64,000 nt of DNA from Bispira polyomma. Taxonomy: Eukaryota. This document shows, one piece after another, positions 63,293 to 64,000 of this stretch. The notes under the pieces are model-generated. The model searched no databases. It was not told the DNA's origin and saw only the letters and a list, made by a program, of their open reading frames with translations. Both the position numbers and the translations under genes were made by a program. The first letter of the stretch is position 1, and each line of letters opens with the position of its first letter. Location: the NCBI GenBank assembly GCA_965649765.1, contig OZ287751.1:43834001-43898000 (forward strand). The letters run 5' to 3'.

Positions 63293-64000
63293 TCTCTAAC
63301 CTTGTAGACACTAGGAATTCAAAGAAGTATCTTTGTATGTACAGTGTACAAGAATATGATTTTGATTTACCATGGGGCACATTTTAGCTTATACATCATG
63401 CACGTTTCAGTTGTCATTGTGTTATTATAAGTGTTTCTAGTTCTACTTTGGCTTTTTATCTCTTCTTTTCTGCAGTAACTGCTGATTTGTCGTGTTGTCT
63501 TGGTTTTTGGTTTTTACAGTTTTTATTTTGTGTCGAGGGATCTTATAAGAAATTAATAAAAAAAATAATCTTTTTTGTGTGCTAATTAAGGTTTCATATT
63601 TCATTTGTAGATAGCATCATCTTCACGAGCTAGGTTTACAGCTTGATTGGTCTTAAGCAAGTGAAATGTTTGTAGTGTACTGTTTAAATTCTAATTTTCA
63701 TTGCTTTTGTGCTGAATGCTACCTTTGCTAAAGTTAAGTATATTTTTCAAAGTTTTAAACTGAATTCTCATAAATCTCATAATCTTTGTACACATTAAGT
63801 ATACAGTACCAAATTCTTAGATATTAATTTGACTTCACTTTAATATTACCTTTTAACAGTATCACTTAACTTGTTTATTACTCTGAGTTTTATATTTAAC
63901 TACATGTATTAACCCCTTCACAACCACATTTGTCAGCCTGCCATTGACAGCAGTTTCTGTTCATGTGAACCATGACAACAAATCCCATTTCACTGTTTTA

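Noticed and set aside
57741-64000. 3' UTR end or a second gene
   Set aside because: Several AATAAA hexamers occur but none can be singled out, and no credible coding exons were seen on either strand.

Overview
AT-rich, intron-rich animal genomic DNA, probably a lophotrochozoan invertebrate such as a mollusc (taxon is inference only). The window holds the 3' part of one + strand L1CAM-family gene (neuroglian/NrCAM/neurofascin-like). I assembled it by hand from GT-AG exons with consistent phases: Ig2 C-half, Ig3-Ig6, five FnIII domains, TM helix, and a cytoplasmic tail (FGEY...[11 protein letters not shown]...STFV*, stop at 57738-57740). The signal peptide, Ig1 and the Ig2 N-half are not in the window. 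The main signal is an apparent isoform-diversification system. (1) Two paralogous phase-1 exons (590-721, 5727-5870) encode the same half of Ig2 and look mutually exclusive. (2) A 9-nt microexon at 33268 can read through into an 11.6-kb open exon encoding a ~3,880-aa Ser/Thr-rich mucin-like stalk, with an in-phase donor at 44910/44911 that could rejoin the TM exon. (3) Several phase-1 juxtamembrane micro/mini-exons are present. (4) A 27-nt cytoplasmic microexon adds a YxxL motif where vertebrate L1 has its RSLE exon. Many exon/intron junctions have been amplified into tandem arrays of decoy splice sites. Introns also contain tRNA-derived SINEs, MITE/non-autonomous DNA transposons and minisatellites. 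All splicing calls come from sequence alone, with no transcript evidence.
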